A stretch of DNA of 63,494 nucleotides, counting the filler, from Pelomyxa schiedti (Eukaryota; Protista; Evosea): assembly GCA_020536535.1 (NCBI GenBank). It is 12 parts of 12 records of this genome, joined end to end, with 100 filler letters (N's around TTAATTAATTAA, not from the genome) between each part and the next. Parts side by side here need not be neighbours in the genome. Positions count along the whole stretch, not along the records: positions 38,280 to 51,683 come from JAHLWZ010001195.1; positions 51,784 to 52,898 come from JAHLWZ010002809.1; positions 52,999 to 54,708 come from JAHLWZ010002319.1; positions 54,809 to 55,819 come from JAHLWZ010003007.1; positions 55,920 to 58,915 come from JAHLWZ010001838.1; positions 59,016 to 61,277 come from JAHLWZ010002048.1; positions 61,378 to 63,494 come from JAHLWZ010002124.1; 5 more parts are not named here. The stretch is one strand, 5' to 3'. Below the pieces are notes generated by a model. That model saw only the letters and a program-made list of their open reading frames with translations. It ran no database searches and had not been told where the DNA came from. The translations under genes were made by a program, and so were the position numbers. Shown piece after piece: positions 49,889 to 61,709 of this stretch. The stretch's first letter is position 1, and the number at the start of each line of letters is the position of its first letter.

Positions 49889-50721
49889 CCAATTTCTTGG
49901 TTTTTGACACAACGATGCGATAATTTCGATTTTTTGACACAACGCTGTAGATTGTACCATTCTGCGAAATCTGTTACTAATATGTGGTCCTGAGCCAAGG
50001 TTTTAACGCTTTCGGGTCGTTTTGGCTGAGGTGCTGTGGCAGTCTCCTTGGGAATGGGTGCCACTTGTGAAGCTGAAGGTCTGTGTCAGTGAGATGCAGT
50101 GCAGCTTGTAATGTCACCAGCAATTCAGAAGAGAAATGAGAAATCCCCAGATATCTCTTTGAGTTGGATAGCACAATTTCACTGTTAGGGGAAAATCGAT
50201 TTTTCTTGTGAACAGCAGGGTTCTGGGCCCCCCAGCAGGGCCCCTTGGGCAATGCTTGACAACACCTAACGACACAACAACACACCCATGGGCAAGCACA
50301 CACAGTTGGTGAGATATCGGAAAAAAAAATTAAATTTCTCAGTCTTTTTTTACAATGGTAACTGTGGATGTGTGTTAGACCTCAAAACCATCATGCCACA
50401 ACTTCTTATGCACTACCACATACCACAACAGTCTGCCCACAATCAAACAGGTTTATTGTAATCAATTTAGGAGAATGATACAATCTGGTCTGGGTGCCAG
50501 AAAATTGTACTTTTTTTTTCTGGCACCCATCTGGTTACCGCCACTTTTTGGGTTTCCTCAGTCCCAGTGCCTCCTTTTTCACTGGGAACCAAGGGAAACA
50601 CTGCTCACAGCTCTGTACTACCTTCTCCGCCTGGTTCGACACGATTTTGACACCATCCGGACCAGATCCAGAATTTTCTTGTGTTTTTTGGGTAGAGTTG
50701 GTTTGACCCCCAAATTCCAGT

Positions 50722-51532
50722 ATGCAACAAGTGGAGACAGAGATACCAGGGGGTGATGGTGAAGTACTGAAGGTAACATTCCTATTCCTGGAATCTGAAC
50801 AAAAACAGTGGCAGGAACAGGGACCATCGTCACGGAGAAAGGATGCAGTACCTCACACTTGCTGGTGTGATGCTCTAGTTGAGATTGTCGAAAGAGACGT
50901 CTTAGAAATAGTTTCTCTAAAAAGGATAAATGTTGTGAGGTCACTATGGTATGTTCTAATCCAAATACCACATCCATATTAGAAGACAGAGAAAGCTGAG
51001 AAGAGAAATAAAGGCATCCTTCTCATTTCCAGTCTGCAACGAATGGAGACACAGATATCATGGAGCTATGAAGAAGTACCTGATGGAATTAAAGGTACTG
51101 CTATTTGTATTTAGAGGATTCATTGAAACAATAGTAGTACTATGCCATAAACAGCAGCAGTTGCGAGTGCATGAAAAATTGCAGCACATATCCGAACAGC
51201 TCAGAAAAAGAATTGAACTCCTGCAGCAGGAACGTGAACACTGGTGGCAGGAAAATGAACACTGGCAGCAGGAAAATGAACGTTGGTGGTGAGAACATTC
51301 AGAAATTGGTGTTCAGGGTCAGCAGAGACAACCCCCTCGGGTCCGACCTTTACTACATTACTTGGGCTGACTTAGAAACAGAGGGAACAGGATAAGAGCT
51401 GCATTTTGTTCCAAAAGGGAGGAATCCACCAACTTAGAAGATACCACAAACCTAATGGCCCACGAAGTGAGCCAAATGGCTAAAGAAAAAACCAGACCGC
51501 CCATCCTGAACGATGATAACGAAAATGCATGA
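50722..51532 (+). CDS. Hypothetical coiled-coil protein with a 21-nt repeat (QE[RN]EHW)
   Basis: Short exons. Tandem GCAGGAAAATGAACACTGG-like units at ~51225-51290. Confidence 0.3.
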
Positions 51533-52474
51533 AATTTCTCTTCTTAAACTGGGTGTGCTATCTTCGGGATCTTCGTGTTCCGAGAAGATTGATCGGCCGA
51601 TCTTTTTCTCTTTGCAGAAAACCATTCTTGTCGTGCGATGAACACCGCAAACTAGAAGAATAAGATGAGGAACAAAGGGAAAANNNNNNNNNNNNNNNNN
51701 NNNNNNNNNNNNNNNNNNNNNNNNNNNTTAATTAATTAANNNNNNNNNNNNNNNNNNNNNNNNNNNNNNNNNNNNNNNNNNNNCTCAACCTTCCAATTGA
51801 TACCTGCAGAAACACATGCATTGCTACGGCAAAAATCTACTTGTTGTGCTCACCATCCAGTGAAATCAGCTACCCCATGCCAGGAGAACTGTTTAACAAG
51901 GACACAATGCAAGTGTTTCCCACGGTGTGCTCCAGAACTCTTTGTGGCTGGCCCTTTTTTTTTTTGCTAACACTTGCTCTAACAGCAAAAGCCACGTCCT
52001 GGAACCGTGGAATTTTGTGTTATCCCTCGTTTTGCCCACCAGAAAGCCTTTGTGTTCTTGGCACAATCCTGATAGCGAAGTAATTACTGGTGCCTGTTGA
52101 CCAAGAATGGGTATAAAAGATGCCTGGGATCTTTGCATACAGAGGGCGTGTGTAAAATGGGCCAAACAGGGAAAAACCTCAGCTTGTTTTTTTCTTTTTT
52201 TTGTGTGTGGTGGGCTGCTGGGGCTCTGGTGTGAGGCAGCACACAGGAGAAAGTGGTAGGGAGGCCAGAATTAGCATACTTTGAGGTGGCGCTGAGTGTG
52301 AAACGGGACTCGAAGTGTTTACAAACTACCGTTGCTTGGGTTTCCGATTTTTCACGTGAAACTTGGCGATTTTCCTTGTCCTCACCCTAAGCTGATGATG
52401 AAAAACCTATTTGGTCCATTTCATGAAAGAAGGAAAAAGTACCAAAAATCGGCTGGAGGGGACGGTCTCTCTTT

Positions 52475-52898
52475 ATGTGTACAGCTGTCGTGGAGTCCTC
52501 AGCGGTTGATCGACCAGTGTGTTGTGCCATTGACTTGGGTTCCGCGTGCAGTGGCTACGCCTTTCGTGACGCACGAAACAGAAGTGGGCAGATCGTGTTT
52601 GCTGAGTGGCCTGAGACGGTATCAGGACAACAAAAAGTACCCACCGAAGTTGTGCTTAATGCAACGGAACCACACGAAGCCATCAAGTTCGGACAGGAGG
52701 CAAGGGTTTTCATGCAAAATTTAGACCCCACACAAGTCGAAGAAGTTTATTACTTCAGGAACTTCAGGATACTTATATATGGAACTTCGGCCACACGCGA
52801 ACTAGAATGTGTGAACAAACCAGAAGTGCACCTTCCCCTGGAACTGGTTATCTCCAGGGTCTTAAAATACATCGTCGGAATGGCGCTGGGACACATGA
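52475..52898 (+). CDS. HSPA12-like atypical Hsp70 family protein, 5' part
   Basis: CAIDLGSACSGYAF...EWP...KVPTEVVL...KFGQEA...YYFRNF matches the AIDFGTxxSGYA...W...KTPT...FGxEA pattern of HSPA12-type proteins. Confidence 0.72.
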
Positions 52899-53277
52899 NN
52901 NNNNNNNNNNNNNNNNNNNNNNNNNNNNNNNNNNNNNNNNNNTTAATTAATTAANNNNNNNNNNNNNNNNNNNNNNNNNNNNNNNNNNNNNNNNNNNNTC
53001 ATATGCACATCATCAAGGGAAAAATAATTCAGAGGTGTGTCTGTGTATATGTGTGTGTTTTGTTGTTTGCCTTGACGTTGACAATAACAATAATAATCTC
53101 TTAACAACATGCATATACACACAGATGGAGCTCCAAAGGTTGCAAGAAAAAACCGTGTCCGACATGTCTGCAAAGAACAAGGGTGTGAACACACCCTCCT
53201 CCTCCTCCAGTTGAACTCATCATTGGCTCCCTCCTCGCTGGGGGTTTTTTTTTCCCTTTTTTCCAAAAGCAGAACTC

Positions 53278-54708
53278 ATGGAACTGGAGGCACACATAAC
53301 AACATTGGAGGAAGAAAGTGCAAAGAACCTTAAAAGGTTTTGTGACGAGAGAGCATCCGACCAACAAAGATTTCATGATCTCCAATGCTGTTTGTGCTCT
53401 CTGTCCGCTCACGCACACTCCATCCCCTCCTTTTTTTTCTCAACCCTAACCCACCCTACACAACATACATGCAGCACAATAACACGGCCACACCAACAAT
53501 TCTAATTCTGTCAATATAGACATAAATCATGTGATATCACATGTTGAACAAGGAGAAGGCACGTGGCGCAACATTCTCCTCCCTGAAAACAATAAGACCA
53601 ATGGCTGCAAGCAATTGCAACTCAGGATCACGTTTGAGGATCTTCCCTCTTTTGATGAAATTGTGTGTGGATCTTGTCCCCTTCAAATGGTGCTTTCCTC
53701 TCTTGTGAAGCTCCCCCCTTTCTTCTTTTCTTTTCTTTTTGAAGCTTCCCCCACCTCCTTTTTTTTCTCGTTCTTTGCGATGTTTCTAACTAACTGGTTG
53801 TTTGTCACAAAAGATGGTGCAGCTTATCGTTTCAAGGAAGTTTGGAGTTGAACCAACACAACAAGTGATTTTCACTGTCGGTTCAGAAAACAACAACTCT
53901 GAGGAACTGCTGCCGACTGATTCATCCATTGCCTTGGGTGACATTCAACGACGACTACAACACAGCGGCAGCAGCAGAAACAGAGTTGTTCAAATCAAGG
54001 TTCGAATCAAATCAACAATGTCAATCCAAGAGAAAGACCTGAAAGTTGTTTCCACACTTGGAGTCGGATCGTATGGAACTGTTTTCAAGTGCACTTTCCA
54101 TGATGATCACAACGCAATGACCACTTCCTCCTCATCATCCTCATCGGAAAGAACATCAACGTTTGTGGCAATTAAAGCACTTCACGAAGCTATCAAGTCT
54201 GAGTTCTACATCACCAAGTTTCAGCAGGAAGCTTTGGTGAGTGAGACGGAGTTTTGTCTCTGATAATCTTGCGTCTAAAATTCACGATCCATCAACTCAC
54301 CAGGTTTCGTCAAGCTTGAGGCATCCAAACATTGTGAGATGCCTTGGAACTTGCGTCACGAGCACAGGGTCACTCTGGATCGTGTCCGAACTTATGGAAA
54401 CGAGTCTCAGGCAGCTCCTTCAACATGTTTGTTTTTTGCACGCTCCCACTCGTTTTTGGTTGAACTCACTCACTCAGTTTGTAAATCTGAATCTATATGT
54501 ACATACATACACCAACACACAATTATTAGAAAGATTTGACATTCATGGAAGTTGTGGCAGTTTCTTCCGGAATTGCCAAAGGAATGGCTGCACTTCACAG
54601 GTTTCATTCAATTTCAGTTCTTCTTGCCACTCTTTTTAAAAATAATATCATTTACGTTGATCTGCCTAAAAACACAGGAGGAACTACATGCACCGGGACC
54701 TGAGCAGC
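53278..54708 (+). CDS. Coiled-coil / ubiquitin-like / TKL protein kinase, partial
   Basis: LGVGSYGTV, VAIKAL, LRHPNIVRCLG, IVSELM and YMHRDLSS. Same family as the kinases at 2235-8293. Confidence 0.85.
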
Positions 54709-55071
54709 NNNNNNNNNNNNNNNNNNNNNNNNNNNNNNNNNNNNNNNNNNNNTTAATTAATTAANNNNNNNNNNNNNNNNNNNNNNNNNNNNNNNNNNNN
54801 NNNNNNNNCACATATGTTCTTCACAAAACAAAAAAAAATTTTCCCCTTAGAAATACCAACTGTCCACCTTGTCTACATGTTGCAGACTCAAACCTGTTAA
54901 AAACAGTGAAAAAACATGGCTTTTCCCCATTGGTAAAACAGCCGCCCGGCGGCTGTTTTGAGGGGGCGGCTGGGCGGCTTTTTTTACAGGAAAGTGATAG
55001 GGAAAAAAACAGCCGCCCTTTGACCCAGATATGCACACCATCAATTCTAGCCCGGAACATCTGCATTTGAA

Positions 55072-55819
55072 ATGCATGCTTGTCTGCGAGCCCGTGAGCA
55101 ACTTGGCGCGTTGGCATCTGCCTCCTCCTCAGGAGACAGGTCGTCACCACCAGCAACACCACCCCCACCACAAACACAAACAACAACAACAACAGCAGCG
55201 GCAACAACATCGACGACGCTGAGCACCCACGGCCACGTCGTCGCCAAGTTGGTGTGGGACCTGGTGGCCGCAACGACCAGGGTGTTTGTGCTCGATGTTG
55301 TGGGAACACAGGACGGCGCGGCGAAGGTGGCGAGGAGGTGCCTGTGCCTGAGGTTGTCGCCGCTGCTGCTGAGCGTCGTCGGCGATGTAGAGGACAGGGC
55401 CAGCCCGGACTGGCTCCTGATCGACAGGTCCAAGTGGGTGGGCGACAAGAGCCTCGCGGTGCGCTATCCGCTGTGCCCAGGCGAAATCATCGGCGACGTG
55501 GCGGCGGTGGTTGTGTGTGGGGGTGGCACTGGTGGGATTGAGGGAGGGGCAGTGGCGGTGAAATCGAGGTTCGAGAGGCGGTGGAAGTGGGTCGTGTGCA
55601 GCGGCGGCGCGGAGGCTGCCCGGTCTGTGCCGACATGGAACAGGGGGCCGAGCGGGGTGATTGTTGGTGTGGAGCCGGCGTGGTTCTCGCTCGGCTGCGA
55701 CGCTGTCAATGGTAAGTGGGTGGCACTGTTCGGCGGCAACGGTGCTGGATGTGGGGGAATTTGGGGTGGCGTGGATGGGGAGGAGGGGTACCTGCTGGTT
55801 TACAGCTTGTGCAAGAGGT
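55072..55819 (+). CDS. Lineage-specific 'ARxQxxAL' family protein, 5' part
   Basis: RAREQLGAL...VVAKLVWDLV...LSPLLLSV...AVNGKWV; open to the contig end. Confidence 0.6.
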
Positions 55820-55919
55820 NNNNNNNNNNNNNNNNNNNNNNNNNNNNNNNNNNNNNNNNNNNNTTAATTAATTAANNNNNNNNNNNNNNNNNNNNNNNNN
55901 NNNNNNNNNNNNNNNNNNN

Positions 55920-57870
55920 CCTTATTTCCCAGGTTACTACCTGGGAATCAAATGCCTCAGATCACTTCCCAATCTTGCTGACAATCACCACAAGAATCAA
56001 GACCGAATGGAACAAGGACAGACCCCCAAGATGGACTTTCAAAAACCCAGCATACAAGTTGCACCTCCTGAGAATCCTTCCAGAAAGCCTCCCTGACAAT
56101 CCAGTGGCATGCTGGAAGACCTACAAGAAGCTACTAACCAAAGCCGCATGGCAAACAATGAACAACTACAACAACACACAGCAGGACACTCTCTCCACAT
56201 TGCTTAAGTTGCAGAAAGCATCTGCAACAGAAGCCTTGACCATCATTGAAAGAAACAAGGAGGTAGCAGATCTGTTCGACTACTATCCTCCAAGCCCAGA
56301 CCAAATACAAGAGGCAAGCACATGGGTTAAAACCCAATTAGACATCAAAATCCCCAAGAAGAAGCACACACCATTCCCTGAGATTCCAGCAAAAAGCAGT
56401 CTCTATGCTCAAATGTTAGACCCCACAACCCAAAACCCTCCCTGAGGAAAGATGAAATAACCAAGGAATTCTGGGCCCCCCTCCAATATCATCAGATGGA
56501 GAGGCCCTGAAGACCCTTTTGAGCAAATACAGGAAAAAACTAGGCCCAATTCCAATGCTGACCCCTGATGATGTAGAGGCAGCAATCCTTTCATGCAAAT
56601 CCAAATCAGGCCCAGGACCAGACAGCATTGGCTTTGTGGCATGGAAAACCCTACCTAAGCTGTCAGCCATCATATTATGCAATATGTTCCACTGGATATT
56701 ACGCACCTTATGCAAGACACTGAAGCATACCTACCCTCTGGCATACACTTCCCACTGAGGAGGGGAGTGCGGCAAGGCTGTCCACTCCCCTCTCATTTTC
56801 AACATGGTAATAGACACACTCCTCATGAACTTACAATGCTCCCCAGCCAAACCCAAAGTGTCAGCTTATGCAGATGATATCTGCACTGCCTGGAGGAACC
56901 TCAAGGACCTCGATACAGGAGCTCCAACCTTCGATCTTTATTGCTGGGCTACAGGAGCAGCCTTGAACTTCCACAAGACAGAAGTGCTGGCTGTGTCTCC
57001 CCCATTAGCCAAGGACAAAACATCGACAGCCTGGCTGGTGCAAACTGTTACAAAGTACAAGTACCTAGGAGTATACATTGGTCACATCACCGCCTCCAAC
57101 GTAAACTGTTGGCTGCCAATATCTACATCCACTCCATCCTCCAATACCAATGCCAATTCAAAGTTTTCTCCCCACCAGACATCTGGAAACCATACATGAC
57201 CAAGATTTTCTGATTGATCACCCCCTCAAATTGCACATCCCTGGAGCACCTCACCACCCTCAAAAAGCAAGGGGGGCTGTCTACACCCTTGCTGGATATG
57301 ATGTGGTGGAACGTTGCAATTTTCAGCCTATCGCAACCCCAACGTCATAACCCCACAAACAAAGATGGCACCAGCCCAATTTGGGAGATTGCCCTCCTCA
57401 ATAAGCATATTCCAACCCACATGAGCACACCCACTGACATCTACAGGAGTATCATGCAAGAACGACCCACCAAACCCCTACACCACAAACTTCACACTGC
57501 CATGGACACTCCACCAACGGAAACCAACTGGCTCAATTTAGTCAAGAACCTCAACACCCCCAGAATCCCACCATCGATCCGCAATCAAGCCCTCCAAGTA
57601 GCCACCAACATGAAACCACTCAACAACCGCATGGCCCATCTTTGCGATGTGGCCCCAACTTGCTGCTATGTATGTGACTCTCCAGAAACGATGAAGCACA
57701 TCCTAAACAGTTGTAGACATCACTCTGACCTCCGGCACGAACTAAACGCGAACCCTCACAAGATCCTGAACGTGATCCCCAACTCGCCGGACTCTGCTAA
57801 GACAGCAGCAAAAACCCTGGTCGGACTCTACAATTTACACACCTCGACACTCCCGCAAGAACTTGCGTGA
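55920..57870 (+). mobile_element. Degenerate non-LTR retrotransposon (L1/Tx1-like ORF2 remnant)
   Basis: APE tail SDHFPI; KSGPGPDSI; RGVRQGCPL; YADDI; LNFHKT; KYLG; GGL; C-terminal CxxC...ETMKHIL..C zinc knuckle. Stops and frameshifts are present, and the segment between the GPD motif and QGCPL is far too short (internal deletion). Confidence 0.9.
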
Positions 57871-58354
57871 GTGGAGGTCCGCTCGGCTTTGGGGTTGTCA
57901 ACCCAGGCCGTTGGAATTCAACTCTCTCAAAAGGCAGACCTGGAAAAGGGCTCAAGATATTATACCCAAAGTCCTCTCAACAGCCAATTGTAAGGCCCTT
58001 GCCCGATATCTTTCCTATAATAATTACATTCCAGTTTGCATTCTTCCACAGTTCTGAAAATGCTCACTGTGTGCCGGAACCACACATTGCTATGCTGGAA
58101 GTGCTCAATGCAACGCCGGAAGTGCCGTTTTGGAAGTGCTCACTGCAGTGTGGAAATTCTCCCTGCCAGTGTCATAATACTTGCTTGCTCAAATGCTCAC
58201 TGCAGCCAGAAACACTCATTGCGGTGCCAGAAGCCACAAATTCCCCACAGCTTTAGTGCCAACACAAGCTAAATCTATCCTATCCCACCAATTGGTTTCT
58301 AAATCTGCAATCTAAAGAATAATTGTTGATCTTCGGAAAAAAAATTATTTCTTC

Positions 58355-58915
58355 ATGGGTGATACTAACGCCACAACCAACACAACCACTCAACAACAAA
58401 CCACACACACAACCACAAGTACTAGCACCACTAGTTTATCGCACCAACAATTTGATGAATTTTGGACATTAGATCCTGCAGTAAACAGAGAGGAGGGAAG
58501 AATCTCCCATTGGTCCAGATTACAATATCCAGCACACTTAGGCACTGGAGATGTATGGTGCATGCCTGCTTTCAGAGGCCACGAACCACCTTCAATAGAA
58601 GAACTCCAACAAGCTTGGCTGATTGAAAACTACCCATACTGTCACTTTCTGGAGATTCTGCGTGTGGCTTTCAACAAACATGATACAGAGCCTTCCATTA
58701 GAGGGATAGGTGAAACAGCCGAAAAGAGCTCTCAGGAGCCAGTTTCAGCACAGTTGATCATAAGAAACAAGATGGGCCGTTGGCGACAGTCTCGACACCG
58801 ACTGTGCACTCCCTTAACTAGAGACCAACTGCAGACTGCTGCTGAGGAACTCCGCATGTATGCTTGTATTTCATTCTATTATTGTCTCCTTATGGGCCTC
58901 ACAACAGCCGAGGTC
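58355..58915 (+). CDS. Hypothetical protein, 5' part (possibly ORF1 of an adjacent retroelement)
   Basis: Intron-free ORF open to the contig end with a Thr-rich N-terminus. No recognised domain. Confidence 0.4.
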
Positions 58916-59451
58916 NNNNNNNNNNNNNNNNNNNNNNNNNNNNNNNNNNNNNNNNNNNNTTAATTAATTAANNNNNNNNNNNNNNNNNNNNNNNNNNNNN
59001 NNNNNNNNNNNNNNNTCAAAACAAAGTGTTCACAAATGACACAAACAGCACCCATAACATTTTTTGGTTACAAACGTTCACGACCCATAACTCGGAGTTA
59101 AGTGTGAAATTGTCCGGTAGCGCCCAACGAGATATGCAAATCGGATGAGGTGCAGTTGGTGGATGTCTGGTGAACTTCTCAATGTGGGAGGGAGTAGGCT
59201 TTCCTACTTAGGGGTTAGTCCAACTGTGGGCACTGATCCCAGTGATTTCTTGAAAGAAATCGATGTTAAAATTGACCACATATATATATATATATATGCA
59301 GGGTAGAGATATAGTTTAAATACATAATACATCAACACACAAAACACACAACAGTGGGCCCACTGTATCATAGCATACCCAACAACTGAACAACACTGCT
59401 TAGTGTACTCAATGTCGAATAGCAACAAAAGATAAACTTTAGAAACGCGAC

Positions 59452-59482
59452 GGTCCGGAGTTTTTTTTATTCAGCCATTTTG
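59452..59482 (+). promoter_or_regulatory. Upstream motif GGTCCGGAGTTTTTTTTATTCAGCCATTTTG
   Basis: Near-identical to the motif at 37477-37506, co-oriented with the downstream family gene. Confidence 0.5.
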
Positions 59483-59753
59483 TTTTTGCTCATGCTTGGA
59501 GTGCGGGAGCGTGTGGTTCGATGACGGTTAATGGCGTGGGTGGGTGTGGTTGGTCAGTGTTGTTGGCGACAGTGAGAAATGCCACTGAACACCGACGGTG
59601 GAAAAAATAACAAGGGAAGTGTGGTGGGGCCACACTGCGACTCACCACTTTCAAACTGTGACTCCCCACACAAAACAGTCGTTTTGGCATTTTAGCGCAA
59701 GTCCCGACCATCAACATTAAAGAATAAATCGATTGATTGTGGTTTGCTCCCCA

Positions 59754-61067
59754 ATGAGCACCGACCGATGGACAACGAAGACCAACCGAGGGCGGTTCTA
59801 TGATGACATGGACGCAGAGTGGTTTGCGGCAACACGGAGGGTATTCAACAGAAAGTACGAGAACATGTCAGACGAGTGGCTCCCGACGCTGAGCCTCCAA
59901 CCCGTCACCGACGCTCGCGCTCAGTTCGTTGCCTTGGCATGTGGGATCTTCTTTGACCGCCGATGTGGCCCAGGCTGTGCCCTACAACTGCTGAGGGGAT
60001 CTGTCCACGTTATGGAGAGACTCGGAAGGAGGTGGGTGGTATGTCCCACAAGGCACGTTGTGGACCTGGTTGACAAGGGCGTTCATTACAAAGATGCGGT
60101 GTGGTCCGTGATGTGTTGCGTGTTCTTGGAGCTGTCACCGACGCTCGGAGTTGTGAGCTGCGCGTGCTGGATCCCTCCCAAGTTGAAAGGAATCCATAGC
60201 ATCCCCGGGAGCAGCAACTTGATTGTAAGCCTGAAAGGCCAAGAATGTGTCATGAACAACAAAGGTCGATTTGTGAGGAACCTGCAGCCACCGGAGATTT
60301 ATGGCACATGGAGATGCAACTCCAAATGGCTGGTGAAAAACAAGCATCAGTATTTGACGCTGTGGAGAATTGAGAACGGTCAACCCAAGAACCCTGGGGT
60401 GCATGTGATACTGGGTGATTTGCTTTGCATTGGCAGTGGGTTTCCCCCTGGTGATGGAGATGAGTTGGCTGTGATTGACAAGGAGGAGTCAAGCTCCGTA
60501 TTGTTTGTTGACTTGCCTCAGAGCCTGGAACACGGCATGATTGTGATTGTAAAAAGGGTGCCCCTGCCATGCTCCTCTGCATTTAACATGCTGTGGGTTT
60601 CTGCTGATGAAATGCTCACACTGCATTTCATTGAGAAGGGCTTCATGGTGTACAACACTGTATCTCAAAGGGTGAAGATCTTTTCTTCCAGATACTCAGA
60701 AGTAGACACGTACAGCTCCTCACACCTGGTTGCCACCCTAAACAACGAAACTGAGAACAAACTGGGCATCAAACAAGAGGTGTTTTGTGCCTCTGACTTG
60801 GATACTCCCTGCAACTGCATTAAAGACACAACAGTGCACATGCAATCACCTGAAGGCACAGGAGTCTATTCTGTACCCTGCAGTAACTCCAAGCGGTGGT
60901 GGTTCTTGACCAGCGATACCGTGTCATTTCAGATCAAGGATCTCTTTACAGGATCAGCTTTGGCGATAATTACCGCGACGTGGACCCCTCCTGGTGACTT
61001 TGAGGAAACGCCCCACAACACACGCCCCACGTCACCCCCTTTCCCACCACACATTGATTTGGAATGA
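59754..61067 (+). CDS. Lineage-specific 'ARxQxxAL' family protein, complete and intronless, probable beta-propeller C-terminus
   Basis: DARAQFVALACG...RRCGPG...LGRRWVV...LSPTLGVV...CNSKWLV...LTLWRI; beta-strand-rich C-terminal two-thirds. Confidence 0.7.
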   Translation: MSTDRWTTKTNRGRFYDDMDAEWFAATRRVFNRKYENMSDEWLPTLSLQPVTDARAQFVALACGIFFDRRCGPGCALQLLRGSVHVMERLGRRWVVCPTRHVVDLVDKGVHYKDAVWSVMCCVFLELSPTLGVVSCACWIPPKLKGIHSIPGSSNLIVSLKGQECVMNNKGRFVRNLQPPEIYGTWRCNSKWLVKNKHQYLTLWRIENGQPKNPGVHVILGDLLCIGSGFPPGDGDELAVIDKEESSSVLFVDLPQSLEHGMIVIVKRVPLPCSSAFNMLWVSADEMLTLHFIEKGFMVYNTVSQRVKIFSSRYSEVDTYSSSHLVATLNNETENKLGIKQEVFCASDLDTPCNCIKDTTVHMQSPEGTGVYSVPCSNSKRWWFLTSDTVSFQIKDLFTGSALAIITATWTPPGDFEETPHNTRPTSPPFPPHIDLE

Positions 61068-61709
61068 CCTTTTCCCCTCTGGATGAATTTCTAGGATACT
61101 TGATTTTTATGTTGGTGCCAACATAAAAAAAAAAAGAATTTTTTTCTTTTTGGCCACTTTATCAACAACAACGAATTGGTCGGCATCAAGACATGACGTT
61201 GTATCTGCCGCCGGCTTTGTCGGGAGGGTGATACAGCAGCGTGGCCTCCTCCAGTATCCTCTTGATCTCCTTCTTTGNNNNNNNNNNNNNNNNNNNNNNN
61301 NNNNNNNNNNNNNNNNNNNNNTTAATTAATTAANNNNNNNNNNNNNNNNNNNNNNNNNNNNNNNNNNNNNNNNNNNNCTTTGGGTTTCGACTACCAATTT
61401 GGGTACAAATTCAGCTCCCCAATGTTCACACAAATTGTCTTAAATCTCCCCGATCCCATCCAAATTGGGGAACTTGCACACACTTTGGAATCAGGGTGCA
61501 AGTGTGTGGCTCTGAGGAGGTTGGCACTAATCAAAGAGACGCAACGAACCTATTTACTCAAGGATGGGAGGGATTCTCTTAATTGTTCTCATGATCGTCA
61601 GTGCCTGGAGTGATGGTGACGTCGGTGCTATAGGAGATCACAGAGTCCTGAGTCTGGTTCCCCGGATTGGGGTCACCTCTACTGTGTAAGGACTGAAAAC
61701 AGTCCCAGT

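Noticed and set aside
58057-58235. CRISPR-like array
   Set aside because: Units are degenerate, mostly abutting, and lack unique spacers of constant length. Eukaryotic context and no cas genes.
61104-61129. Hairpin TTTTTATGTTGG-TG-CCAACATAAAAA after the 59754 gene
   Set aside because: Single AT-rich instance. Intrinsic terminators are not expected for Pol II genes, and there is no further support.
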